A stretch of 64,000 nt of DNA from Azolla caroliniana (taxonomy: Eukaryota > Plantae > Polypodiophyta): NCBI GenBank assembly GCA_043228905.1, contig JBHGNT010000006.1, positions 18,972,001-19,036,000 of the forward strand. Reading direction: 5' to 3'. This document shows, piece after piece, positions 27,162 through 38,928 of this stretch. Made by a program: the position numbers and the translations under genes. The notes under the pieces were generated by a model that worked only from the letters and a program-made list of their open reading frames with translations, had not been told where the DNA came from and ran no database searches. Numbering within the stretch: the stretch's first letter is position 1; every line of letters starts with the position of its first letter.

Positions 27162-28110
27162 CGGGTACGTGACCGGTAACCGATCCGACGAACATATCCA
27201 GAAGACCTTCCTACTAACACCAGCTCCTCGGTCTGAGATCCTCGTGGTCCTACTCCATTTCGACGCATACACAGAAATCCGCGACATATTTGGTGAACCC
27301 GACGTGAAAAGGAGTGGTAGAGGAGTTCAAAAATGAGGGGAAGTGAACTCGTTGATGCGATGGCGGTGGCTGTCGACCACCTAGTTAACGCTCGTGATAG
27401 TGCAAGCGGCTTCGACAAGGTCGTAGAAACGGTAGTCGGCACGACAAGCCGATTCAACGGGAAGGACGTAACAAAATACGTGGAGGCCTTCAAGGCCGAG
27501 ATGTTGATGAGGGACGTTCCAGATGATAAACGGTTGTCCACATTCTCCCGGGTAGTTATGCCGACCATCCACATAGAGGTGGTCGACATGCAGCCCGACT
27601 GCTGAAGTTCGAGGAACGGCTCCTCGAAAAATTCGGCTTCGATGACTCACTCCGGTTCTCGAAGAGGGAGCTAATGGAGTGGGTCGAGAGACCTGGTAAA
27701 GGGAGGAACACATCGGCTCTCCTCCAAGAGTTTGAAAAACGATTTGCGTGACTCTTGGCACTGGACCGGACTGTGCTCGACATGAGCAAGGTCCTACTAT
27801 TTATCAAGTCAATCAACGTGCTCGACCGGGAAAAGGTGGGTCTCGTATTAGACACAGATGAAGGGCTCACGACCGATTGGACCGTGATAAAAATGGTTTG
27901 TAGCCATTTCGACAAACAATGTGAATGGAATGACGTGGGACTGTTGGCGGTAGGTCCGGTGGCCGGGAAGAAGCCAGAGGAACCGATTCCGACATGGTCG
28001 GAGGAAACACAGAGGTGGCCCGAATCGGGCGCAGTTTCGACCGACGTGGTCAAGGGCCCATCCGGGGGCGCAACTCTAGAGGAGCTGGCGAAGATGGTGC
28101 GCAACCTCCA

Positions 28111-31100
28111 TGTAAAAAGAATAGCATGCTGAAGCAGTAGAAAACAGAACACAGAAACGCAGGTTAAATGGAGAGCTTGAATATACACAGTACGCGGGAG
28201 AGACAGAGAGAGAGAGAGCACAAGAAACTCAATTCAAAAATAATACTCAATCTGTACATAGGATGTGCTTCGTGAGCACTTTTATACAAGTTCATGCGGA
28301 CTGACAGAAGTACTGACACGTACTTCAATGCTCATAAGTGAGCTCTACACTAACTCCCAAAAATATATTCCTACGCTAAATATCTTTCCAACGGCCTCAC
28401 GGTTTATGCACCGGTACGACTTCTCGTTGCGTACCAATCTGTGTAACAGTTTACACACCCGGTTTACGCACTAGTCCAGCCTAACCGATCAATTCCAACC
28501 GATCCGGTTCTCGGCTTGCACAGCCGATTCGGCCAATGTTGAGCTTGTATCTCAACACTTCCCCTCAAGCTCAACTTGAGGTTCCATCTGCTCTTCCGGA
28601 TCTACGCTCCGGTTCCTTCTGGCTTCATGCCTTGCTCGTGCTCCTCGACCTGTTCGATTCCGCGCACCTCGACCCTTCCGGTCGGCTTGCCTGCTCATCC
28701 GGCCCTTCTCAGCTCCCTTGTTGTCGCGGTGTCGGCGCGTCCTTCACTGCCCTTTTCTCTACATGCCCTTTAGTTGATTCAACGTATCTGAATCAATCAT
28801 CCGAAACAACTCATCTTCCTTCGATCAGTTTTCTCTTTCGTCCGAGTTGGTTGTCTCCAACTCGTCTTTGGTCTTCTCACCCTTGATGGCTTCGTCTCCC
28901 CCACACTTGGTTGGCTTCGGCTCTTTCTTTCAACTGCACCCCTTATAACCGCTTTCGGAATCTTCCGCGGATCCACCCTCAACTTCTTTAGCCGATCCGA
29001 AATCAAATTCGTCATCCGACTCGGCGTCGCGGTCTTCAGGAACTTCTCTCCCCTTTCCGTGGTCATTCGGGATGTCTCTCCCCCTCAAGTTCGGCACGTT
29101 GAGATTTGGTGAAGATGTTGGCGGTCTACTGATCTATCGGAACATATTGAAGTTCGACTTCACCAGAGAGGGCACGCTCACAGACAAAATGGTAGTGCAC
29201 CTCAATGTGCTTAGTCCGGGCGTGGAAGACGGGGTTCTTTGCTAGCTGGATGTTGCTGAGGTTGTCGTAGTAGATTATCGTCGAATCGGATATCTCCACC
29301 AGCAGATCCTTAAGTAGCTGCTTCAACCATATGGCTTTGCATGTCGCGACAACCGCTCCTCGATACTCGGCTTCGGTGCTCAACAATGCAATTGTCGGCT
29401 GCTTCTTGCTACTCCACGCGATCGCAACATTGCCGAGAGAGAACGCGAAAACAGACGTGGATCGGCAATTGCCGGTGTTTTCGGCCCAATCAGCATCGGT
29501 GTAACCGACCAACTGCACCGCAGTATCGGTCCGATATATTAGTCCCCGGTCCTTAGTACCAAGTACGCGTTGTGCGCACTGAAGGTGCTCCTCGGTTGGT
29601 TGCGCCATGAACTGACTAATCACCCTGACCGGGTAGCTGAGATCTGGTCGGGTGATGGTCAAGTATATAAGGCTTCCAACTATCTATCGGAACCTCATCG
29701 GGTCGCAGACCTTTCCGGAATTGGGGCGAAGCTTGACGGTTCTATCCAGAGGAGTCGAGACAAACTTACAGTTGGCCATCCCGAATTTGAAGAGCATACT
29801 CAACACGTAATGTCGTTGGCTGACCAGTATGCCTTCGGGGGTGCGGATCACTTCGATCCCCAGGAAGTAATGAAGGTCCCCCAAATCCTTCATGTCGAAT
29901 GATGCCGCAAGTTGGTGCTTCATGTGGTCAATCTCACCTAGGTCGGCACTGGTGATGACCAACCGGCCCGAGTCGACCTTTCCGGATGAACAGTGAGGAG
30001 TCCGATTTTGACGTCGCAAAGCCCATCCGACACAATCATTGCGTGATCTTCGCGTTCCAAGCACGCGGGGCTTGCTTGAGTCCGTAAAGGGACTTCTTCA
30101 ACTGACAGACCGCCGAAGTGTTCGTTCCGGAGTGAAATCCGGGGGGTTGTACCATGTACACCTGTTCCTCAAGCTCACCTTGCAGGAACACATTCTTTAC
30201 ATCCATCTGATATAAGTGCCACCCCTTCGCCGCAATTACCACAAGCAAAACACAGACGGTTGTCATCTTCGCGACCGGTGCAAACCTCTCACCGTAGTCA
30301 ATGTTGTGTTGTTGCGTGTAGCCTTTCGCTACTAACCGGGCCTTGTATTGGTTAACTGAGCCGTTAGTGTTGTACTTGACCTTGTACACCCACCTACATC
30401 CGATCGGCTTCACACCCTTCGCTGCGTCAACTAGGTCCTTCGCCGCTTCTACGTAGCTTTCCGGCTCACACACTTCCGCTACACGCGTCATGTACGCATA
30501 GTGATGCGCCATGTACTCGTTGTAACCAAACCACACAACAGGGTTCTTTTGGCGTGTAGATCAGCGTAATTGCTCATTAGCCAATGTCGAGGCTTTTTCG
30601 GCTGACACGGACTTCGCTCTTGAATACCCGTCACGACTTTCCTTGGAGTCGAACTCCCGTCGATCCGACTCGTTCCTAGCTGTGTCGTAATCCGACACCT
30701 TCTTCTTCCCTTTTTCGTTGTGCGTAAACCATCTCCTCGGTTCTTTACACGGGGACATCATGGCTGAGTCTACACTACTCACCGTCTCTTCAATAGGTTG
30801 GCCATTTCGGCCCAACCCCTCATTCGGCCCACTTAGCCGAAATGAGATCGGAGTCTCCTTTTGAGCTCTGATTTCTTCATCGTGCGGAGCCATTTCGGCC
30901 TCGCTGACTTCTTCCTCAGAATTCGGAATGGAGTCGTGAGGTGTTGGAGGTGAAGGCAAGTACCACGAAGCGGATTCGTCAAACACAACATCTCGACTTA
31001 CGCATACTTTCTTTCTTCGGGGGTTATAACATTTATACCCCTTTTGCTTGTCTGGATAGCCGACTAAGATGCACTTTTTGGTTTTGGCATCTAGCTTCCT

Positions 31101-31531
31101 CCTCTTTTCCGTCAGCACATGCACATATGCAATGCTATCGAAAATCCTCAAGTGTGCCAAGTTTGGCTTCTTCCCGAAATACAATTCATGTGGCGACACT
31201 CCTCCATTAGGAGAAGTCCGATTCTGCAGATAGACAGCCATCTTCACCGCTTTGGCCCAATAAAATTTCGGTATATGCTTCTCTTCAAGCATTGCCCTGG
31301 CCGCTTCTTCGATTGTTTGATTCTTCTGCTCGGCCACGCCGAATCGAATTCGCATTGAATTCCCTCCTTCTGTAGATAACTTGTTAACTGGTCAGAGAAG
31401 TACTCCTTCCCGCCATCGAACCGTAGGCATTTGATCTTACGACCTGTTTCCCTTTCGGCAAGGCTCTTCACCTTCAAGAAACATGCGAAGATTTCGCTCT
31501 TCTTCGCGATCGTGCATACCCATGTGTGCCA
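28111..31531 (-). mobile_element. Ty1/Copia element, 3' LTR (28111-28557) plus integrase-RT-RNase H; 5' part lost
   Basis: LTR related to 22804-23180; PPT after 28557; [58 protein letters not shown]; several frameshifts. Confidence 0.9.
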
Positions 31532-31662
31532 AGTGAATGTTATACATTTTAGGGTTAGGGTTAAGGACGATGATAATCATGATAAAGATAGACATGGTGG
31601 TTATGATGATGATGGAGAGTATGGGATTGATGGTGAGAGAGATCATGTGCATTGAGAAGCAT

Positions 31663-32090
31663 TGCGGGGTGGGGGGTGGTGCCTAGAATGGCTCCACCCC
31701 CCTCCCAAGGGGGTTCAACGTAAGGGGAGATAGAAGAGAGAGATGACAAGAGAGAGATTGAGAGAGAGAGAAATGTTCATTCATATTTCATTCATTCCCC
31801 ATAAGGGGTTAAATAGTACAAGAGGGGGTAGATACATAGGGGTGTAAGCCCCCTCGAGCATTCATACTGGACACTCACTCACACCTCCTCGTATCCATCC
31901 ACATGCACACACGTGTGTATGTGTTCACATACGTATAGACTCACAACTATATTTATACCCCCTACACATACACAACATCATGATAACATTCGACCCTCGC
32001 TCATCACACTTGACTCTCCGTACATCTCGTACAGGGTAACACAATATGGCACGCCCGTGGGAAAGTGCCTTGCACGTCGATCCCACATGC
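31663..32090 (-). mobile_element. Probable 3' LTR (31663-~32043) of a Gypsy element, with an adjacent tRNA-Arg-like motif (32046-32075)
   Basis: Minus-strand TATA-like ctatttaac followed by a CT-rich tract; 30-nt motif identical to 60404-60433. Confidence 0.6.
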
Positions 32091-34309
32091 CTTGATGATG
32101 ATATTTCTTCGACCGAAACTTCCATCGGTCCTTTCATTGATCGACTCCCTCGATTGGAGTGCTTGACTCCAACATCTTTGTCGGTCAACAAATCTTCCGC
32201 GACATGAACATTCTCGTTCTGTCGACTTACAAACTTCGTAAAATCATTCGGGTCGTCAAAAATATGTTGTATGTATGTGTGTTCTTCCTTTAATTTTTGT
32301 GTGGGTTGTCGTGGTCGATCACGTCGATTTCTTTAGGTGGATAAGTTTTTAGGTATTTTTAGCCTCAAATTTTCTAAACTAATGACAATGCCCTTAGGTT
32401 TTGAAAACTGTATATGTAGCCTTATGTTTTTATAAAATTATGTACCCTCAAGGCTTTTATAATTATATTCGATACCCCTATCTCCTTTTTCCCCCTCTCT
32501 TTTCTTTCTTTCTTCATTCCTTTTTTTTTTTCTGTTTTGCCTCTCCCACTCTTGTCTGTCTGTCCATGCCTTTCTCTTCTTCCATGAATTCTTCTTTCTC
32601 TTCCTTCCCTGTTCATCAATGGCTACATCTTCTTCCACTTCTTCTTCTTCGTCTTCTTGTATATCATCTCCTTTCTACTTCTTTCTTTGTCTCTCGTGCT
32701 CGCTTCTCTGTCTCTCCATGACTCCTTCCATTTCTCCTGTCTTTCTTTCTCTTCTTCTCTGTTTGTGCTGCTCCGTGATTTCTTCTCCTTCATTCTTTTC
32801 TGTGTTTTCTTTGTTTAGGTTGGCTGTACATCTCTGTCGCGTCATCCGTCTTTGTGCGGCCATTGTCCAGCGCCGAAGTTATTCGGTCGTCTCTATCTTC
32901 ATTTCTGTCGCTGTTCAGCCGTGTCTTTCTGGCTATCCGGCTCGTCGTTTCGGTCATTGGTTGTCCAACCATCGCCCTCGCTTCGACAGCTATTCTGCCA
33001 TTCTGGTTGGTCTGGCTATCTCCCGGCCATTCTGGCCATTTTGGCCGCTCCGACCACTGTCCGACTTTGTCTGGTCGCCGCTCCGGCCATCGCCATCGTT
33101 GTTTGTTGCCTGTGTTGGTCGTCTGGTCCGGCCGCCTCCGGTTTGGCACCGTTCGGCCACTCTGACCGTTATGTGTCGTTGCACATTTCGGAAATCGATC
33201 CAGCCGCTATCCAGCGGCTGCCGCTCTGCCGCTACCACTATACGACCGCTGCTCTATTCGGTGGCTGGCGTTGTCTCTGTCCGACCAGGTCGCTGTTGGT
33301 CGGCCACCACTCTAGGTGTTGGTATGTGGCCACCACCGTCTGATCGTTGTCCCAACTCCGTCACCGTTTGGACTGTTCGGCCCATTCCGATCATTATTGC
33401 CTTTCTAGCCCTCCAGCCACAGTTCGGCTGTCCATCTTTGTCACCGTTTCGGCCGTCATCCGGTTGTCAATGTCCTGCACCATCGCCATCACTGTCGTCT
33501 ATCAGTCCATCCTCATCCAACACTGTCTGTCTGTGTCTCTGACTCTGTTCGGTCCGTTTGTCTGATCTGGTCCGTTTTAGTCCGTCCGGCCGTTCTTACC
33601 GGTTGTTTTTTGTCGTTTGTCCAGCTGTTGTTGCTCTGGCCGACGATCCGTCGTTGTATGTCATTCTGGCCGCTCCAGCTGCTCTTCAATCATTGTCCGG
33701 CCATTCCAACCGCTCTCCGGCCGCTCCGGTTGCTCCTGTTTGGTCACTCTCTGGCCTATTCGATCGCTCGAACTGCTGGCCGGCCGTCTCCATCTTCGTC
33801 GTTGTCTGGCGTCGTCCGGTCTAGCCGCCTCTGTTCCGACGCCGTTCAGCCACTGCGACCGAAGATCGGTCGCTTTGTATCTCTGTATCAGGGTTAGTAT
33901 AGGGGCCAGAGGCACACACTTAGGGTTAGTACACGAAGAGTTTGGGCTAAACTTATAAGGCCCATGAGTGTAGGAGAAACTAGGGCTAGGGTATCTAGTG
34001 GAAGGAATGGTAGAGGAGTTAGGGTTAGGAAAACATGAGCAGAAACTGGGATTAGGGTTATAGGAGTAGTGATTATCCAAAGACCAAAAATGATGATAAT
34101 GCTCAGAGACATCATTAATCTACCATTTTCATGATTTCTCGCACATTTCTTGTACATTGTCGGTTTGATTTCTTGCTCTCTCTCTTCTTTCCTCCACCTC
34201 TCTTCCCCCTTCCTTTATAAATTATCTCTCATATTCATATCAAACCCATTGTAGCATTGATTATTATTTTATAAAAGAATCTATTATATTGTAATAAACT
34301 AATGTTTGG

Positions 34310-35460
34310 TTTCACCTAAGTGTCTTATATGTTATTGTCATTTGTGCTTATTTGTTTGTGTGTCTTATGACAAGGGAGCGTTTCGGGTTTGCCCATGCAC
34401 CTCTCCTTTCACAAAGGCATTCAAACTCACGTGTCTTATATGTTATTGTCATTTGTGCTTATTTGTTTGTGTGTCTTATGACAATGGAGCGTTTCGGGCT
34501 TGCCCATGCACCTCTCCTTTCACAAAGTCATTCAAACTTACGTATCTTATATGTTATCATCATTTGTGCTTTTTTGTTTGTGTGTCTTGTGACAAGGGAG
34601 CGTTTCGGGCTTGCCCATGCACCTCTCCTTTCACAAAGGAATTCAAACTTACGTGTCTTATATGTTATTGTCATTTGTGATTATTTGTTTGTGTCTTGTG
34701 ACAAGGGAGAGTTTCAGGCTTGCCCATGCACCTCTCCTTTCACAAAGGCATTCAAACTTACGTATCTTATATGTTATCATCATTTGTGCTTTTTTGTTTG
34801 TGTGTCTTGTGACAAGGGAGCGTTTCGGGCTTGCCCATGCACCTCTCCTTTCACAAAGTCATTCAAACTTACATGTCTTATATGTTATTGTCATTTGTGC
34901 TTATCTGTTTGTGTATTTTGTGACAAGGGAGCGTTTTGGGCTTTAGCCCATGCACCTCTCATTTCACAAAGGCATTCAAACTTTCATGTCTTTCATGTTA
35001 GTGTAAATCTTGCTTGTGTGATCGTGCGACTTGTGGCAAGGGAGCGTTCAGGCTTGCCCATGCACCTCTCCTTTCACAAAGTCATTCGAAATTGTGTCTC
35101 CCATGTGTAATCTTTGATTGTGTGTCCGCGTGTCTTGTAAGAAGGGAGCGTTCGGGCATTTGAAACTTTGTCTCTCGTGTGTGTAAGTAAGCCTTTTCCC
35201 TGTGTGTCCATGTGTAAGCCTTTCTCACATGCATTCATTCGCCTTGTGACTAGGGGTTGATTCAGGCTTGCCCATGCACCTCTCCTTTTCACAAACACGT
35301 TCGAAATTTTATTTCTCATGTGTGTAAGTAAGCCTTTTCCTTGTGTGTCCATGTGTAAGCCTTTCTCACGTGCATTCGTTCGCCTTGTGACTAGGGGTTG
35401 ATTCGGGCTTTCCCATGCACCTCTCCTTTTCACAAACGCGTTCAAATACTTGTGCCTTGT
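34310..35460. repeat. Tandem repeat array, ~111-bp unit x ~7 followed by longer diverged units
   Basis: Units start at ~34321, 34432, 34543, 34654, 34763, 34874; conserved core gcccatgcacctctcctttcacaaa. Confidence 0.92.
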
Positions 35461-35549
35461 TTGTGTAAAACTTCCTTGTGTTGTGCGTGTGAGCCCTATT
35501 TCCTTCCCGTCCATAACCCCAGCGGTTCCGCCTCACGATCCGCACATAA

Positions 35550-36667
35550 TGAAGGATTTTCACAACACCGGAAACTGATCCGGAGCAGTGACGTAGTCTT
35601 CAATGAAGACTCTATCTTCTCTCAGCAGAACCAGTAGAGAACAGTTGGTTAGAAGGTATCCTTCAAAGACGATAGTGTTGTCATAGAAGAACCGACCCAC
35701 CAAGCTGAATCAGAGATTCAATAGATAGTCAAACTCGAACAAGCCGACAATATACGTGTCGACTCCAAATCGGCAACAAGTCCAACTGTCGCACTCAAAG
35801 ACAAAGTCATCAAAGACACTACCGAATCTACAAGAGTCGAAAAAGGCATAGTCAATAAGATGCAAGTCCAAGATTGAACCAAGTCAACAAAGCTCACAAG
35901 GGAGAACGGTACAACACCGCTAAAGTCCCAACATGGGGGCGAGTCACCTAACAAGACTCTTAACAAAAATGGTTCAACAAATACGATCGCCCAACCAAGC
36001 CGATCGAAGAATCCAAACCACTTATCTCGGCACTCAGGAGATCTGGACGAGCTCAAAGGCCAACAAAGTTTTTTCAATCAGGCCTCGACTACGTCAACTA
36101 CACCGATGCAGGCGAACCAAGCAGTTATTAAGAAGCTATAGCCGCAACGAACGCCAACAATGGCTACAAGCCATGAAATCTGAAATGGACTCAATTCACA
36201 AGAATCAAACATGGGAGTTGGTTGAACGACCATCTGGAAGGAAGCCACTACCCTGCAAATGGGTTTTCCGATACAAGTATGTATATGACTCAGAAAAACC
36301 CAAGTAAAAAGCTCGGCTCGTCGCGAAGGGATTCAAACAAGAATATGGGGTTGACTATAACAAGATATTCTCACCAGTAGTGAAGATGACCACTCTCCGA
36401 CTCCTACTAGGTGTTGTAGCGACCGAATATTTAGAGCTCAAGGAGATGGACGTAAAGACAACATTCCTACATGGAGATCTGGAAGAAGGCATCTATATGT
36501 CTCAACCGGCAAGCTTCACGGCGACAAGGGAGGACAGTCACATGGTATGTCGGTTAAAGAAAAGTCTATATGGCTTGAAACAAGCGCCGAGGATGTGGTA
36601 TCAGATGTTTGACTCCTACATCAGGTAGCTTGGATACCGCCGATCTAACCCCGACCCATGTATGTAC
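35550..36667 (+). pseudogene. Ty1/Copia pol fragment (integrase C-terminus and RT), truncated by the insertion at 36668
   Basis: RSSDVVFNED; WLQAMKSEMDSIHKNQTWELV; MDVKTTFLHGDLEE; [14 protein letters not shown]; contains stops. Confidence 0.88.
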
Positions 36668-36932
36668 TATAGGAAAAAATATGCGAAATAATCTTCGGCC
36701 ACTACCGAGACTTAGATCACTTAATGATAATCAAACACAGAAAGATGAGAAATGGAAGTAGGTACACAAACAGAAGAGAATGCACATGATGTTAACGTGG
36801 AAAACCCTAAACGGGAAAAACCACAGGAGTTCACAAACTCCAACTATCACTATGTCGAGATGAATACAACAGGTAAACACGAAGGCAGCAACCTCGTGCT
36901 CACACTCTTCGCCTAGCGGCGGTTACAACAGA

Positions 36933-36997
<65 letters not shown>

Positions 36998-38928
36998 CTC
37001 TGCTATGCTCTATACAACAGTTACACCAATAACACTATGCAGAAATAATGACAACACAATGATACACATTATGTTTGCCCTAGGTCATATTTATACTAAT
37101 GTGACATTAGGACTATTTACAGATATTGTCCCAATGGGCTCTCAGAAACATATTTCCATATATGTCCCTTCATCCAATGAGAGGTTCTCATCGGGCCTGC
37201 GTCATCCGGTTCTCACCAGGTCTTCATCATCCCATCCGGAGGGACCGAGATCCTAACAAACTCCCCCTTCACTCCGGCATGGGATGTCTGGTTAGTCCAA
37301 TTCGCTCACGGTATGTGTCTAGCTTGTCGGGCGTCAGCACCTTGGTCAGCATATCTAACCCATTCTCCTCCGTGTGAATCTTCGTCAGCACAAACTCTCA
37401 ATCTTCCACTCGCTCCCGGATCCAGTGGTACCTCCGCTGGATGTGCTTCATCCTGGAATGATACGTTGCATTCTTCGTAAGGTGGATGGCACTTTGACTG
37501 TCGCAGTAGAGCGGGTATTCCTCTTGCCGGATCCCTAGCTCTCCGATGAAGTCCTTCATCCACAGTATTTCCTTGCCGGCTTCCACAGCCGCCATGTACT
37601 CCACTTCCGTAGTTGACAACGCAACCGTCTTCTGCAGCCTCGACTGCCACAAAACAGCTCCCCCTGCATATGTCATAACATATCTCGATGTTGACCGACT
37701 GGTATCCGCATTAGCCGACATATCTGAATTGGTGAAACCGTTAAGTTGGGGTTTACCGGAGCCAAATCAGAGACACATAGTTGAGGTCCCTTTCAAGTAC
37801 TGGAGTATCCATTTTACAACATTCCAGTGCTCCTTGTCGGGATTGCTCATAAACCGGCTCACCACTCCGACTGCGTATCCGATATCTGGTCGGATACACA
37901 CCATTGCGTACATTAAGTGTAATAACCAAGATCATTAATCCTAAAATAAAGATATAAATGACACAATCATATTGAAAATACGCGTTACCACCCATCCGTC
38001 CCCGCGCCAGAGTCAACAGCACAAACGAGGAATCTTGATCTGTCCCATACCAGCCAGGATCTCCACGTCAGGACCTTGGTAGATGACTAGTCCACATCAA
38101 AGAGAGCTTCGTCTGAACCACTCATGGGGCCTCCCCCTTAACTAAGGAGAGTCTCCCCTTTTTATAGGACCTAGGCCATGTAATGACATCTACCTGACCA
38201 ATCATGTGCGGGGTACCCTATGACACACATTAGGTCAGTCCAATAAAGCCGACGACTCAGATATTACAGTATGATAGCCCCCAAATAAGCACGTCTAAAA
38301 CAAGGAACATTACATACTCCCCCCCTCCGTTTAATTGCACTCTTGCAATGGGAAGTTAGGAAAATGTTTGCGTAATGTCTCTTCAGTTTCCCACGTGCTA
38401 TCTTCTTCCAATCTATCCTTCCACTTAACCTTATAGCGATGAACAACCTTTGACCTTAGGTTTCTAGACATATGGTCGAGGATTTTCTCAGGTTCATGTG
38501 GAGCAAAATGATCATCCTCCAATGTCGATAAATTAGACGGTGTTACAACATTATCATCATAACCAATCGCCTCCTTTAATCGACTCACGTGGAATACGAG
38601 ATGAACCATAACATTGGAAGGCAAATCCAAACGATAAGCATTGGGACCTATACGTTTTAAAACTTTATATCGTCCACAATACCTTGGGGCTAATTTTGCA
38701 CACGGTCCTGTTCTCAATGTTTCTGAGTCCTTAGGAACCCGTAGAAAAACTTATTGTCCTACGTGAAATTCCCTCGGTTTTCTATCATGATTCGCATAAA
38801 AGACATTTCTGTCCTGCGCCATCTTCAGGTTTTCTTCTGCCAATTTACGTGCTTCAAGCATATCAAACAGAAAATCCTTTGTACTATCCAAAGTATGCGA
38901 ATCAAACGAAACATCAATAGGAGGACGT

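Larger units (their letters stand above)
21292..28110 (+). mobile_element. Decayed tRNA-Trp-primed Gypsy: LTR region (interrupted by a Copia), PBS 27291-27307, gag pseudogene 27333-28110
   Basis: LTR end gcgaca at 27286 followed by TGGTGAACCCGACGTGA; gag VVETVVGTTSRFNGKDVTKYVEAFKAEM is homologous to the N-terminus of the 1404-aa ORF; left boundary approximate (similarity to the LTR start of 38929-44566). Confidence 0.7.

Noticed and set aside
31548-31566. Interstitial telomere (TTTAGGGTTAGGG)
   Set aside because: Only 2-3 degenerate units; such telo-box-like motifs are common, and similar ones occur in the LTRs at ~39150-39210.
32619-33958. Cluster of overlapping ORFs up to 307 aa
   Set aside because: Explained by A-poor composition, which depletes stop codons; no domain motifs.
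34306-35110. Repetitive Cys-rich or hydrophobic ORFs
   Set aside because: Translations of the 111-bp tandem repeat (unit length divisible by 3).
37918-38267. Separate Copia LTR ending at ...gatattaca
   Set aside because: Comparison with 61775-62150 and the TTAAG TSD shows the LTR extends to 38314 and belongs to the chromovirus.
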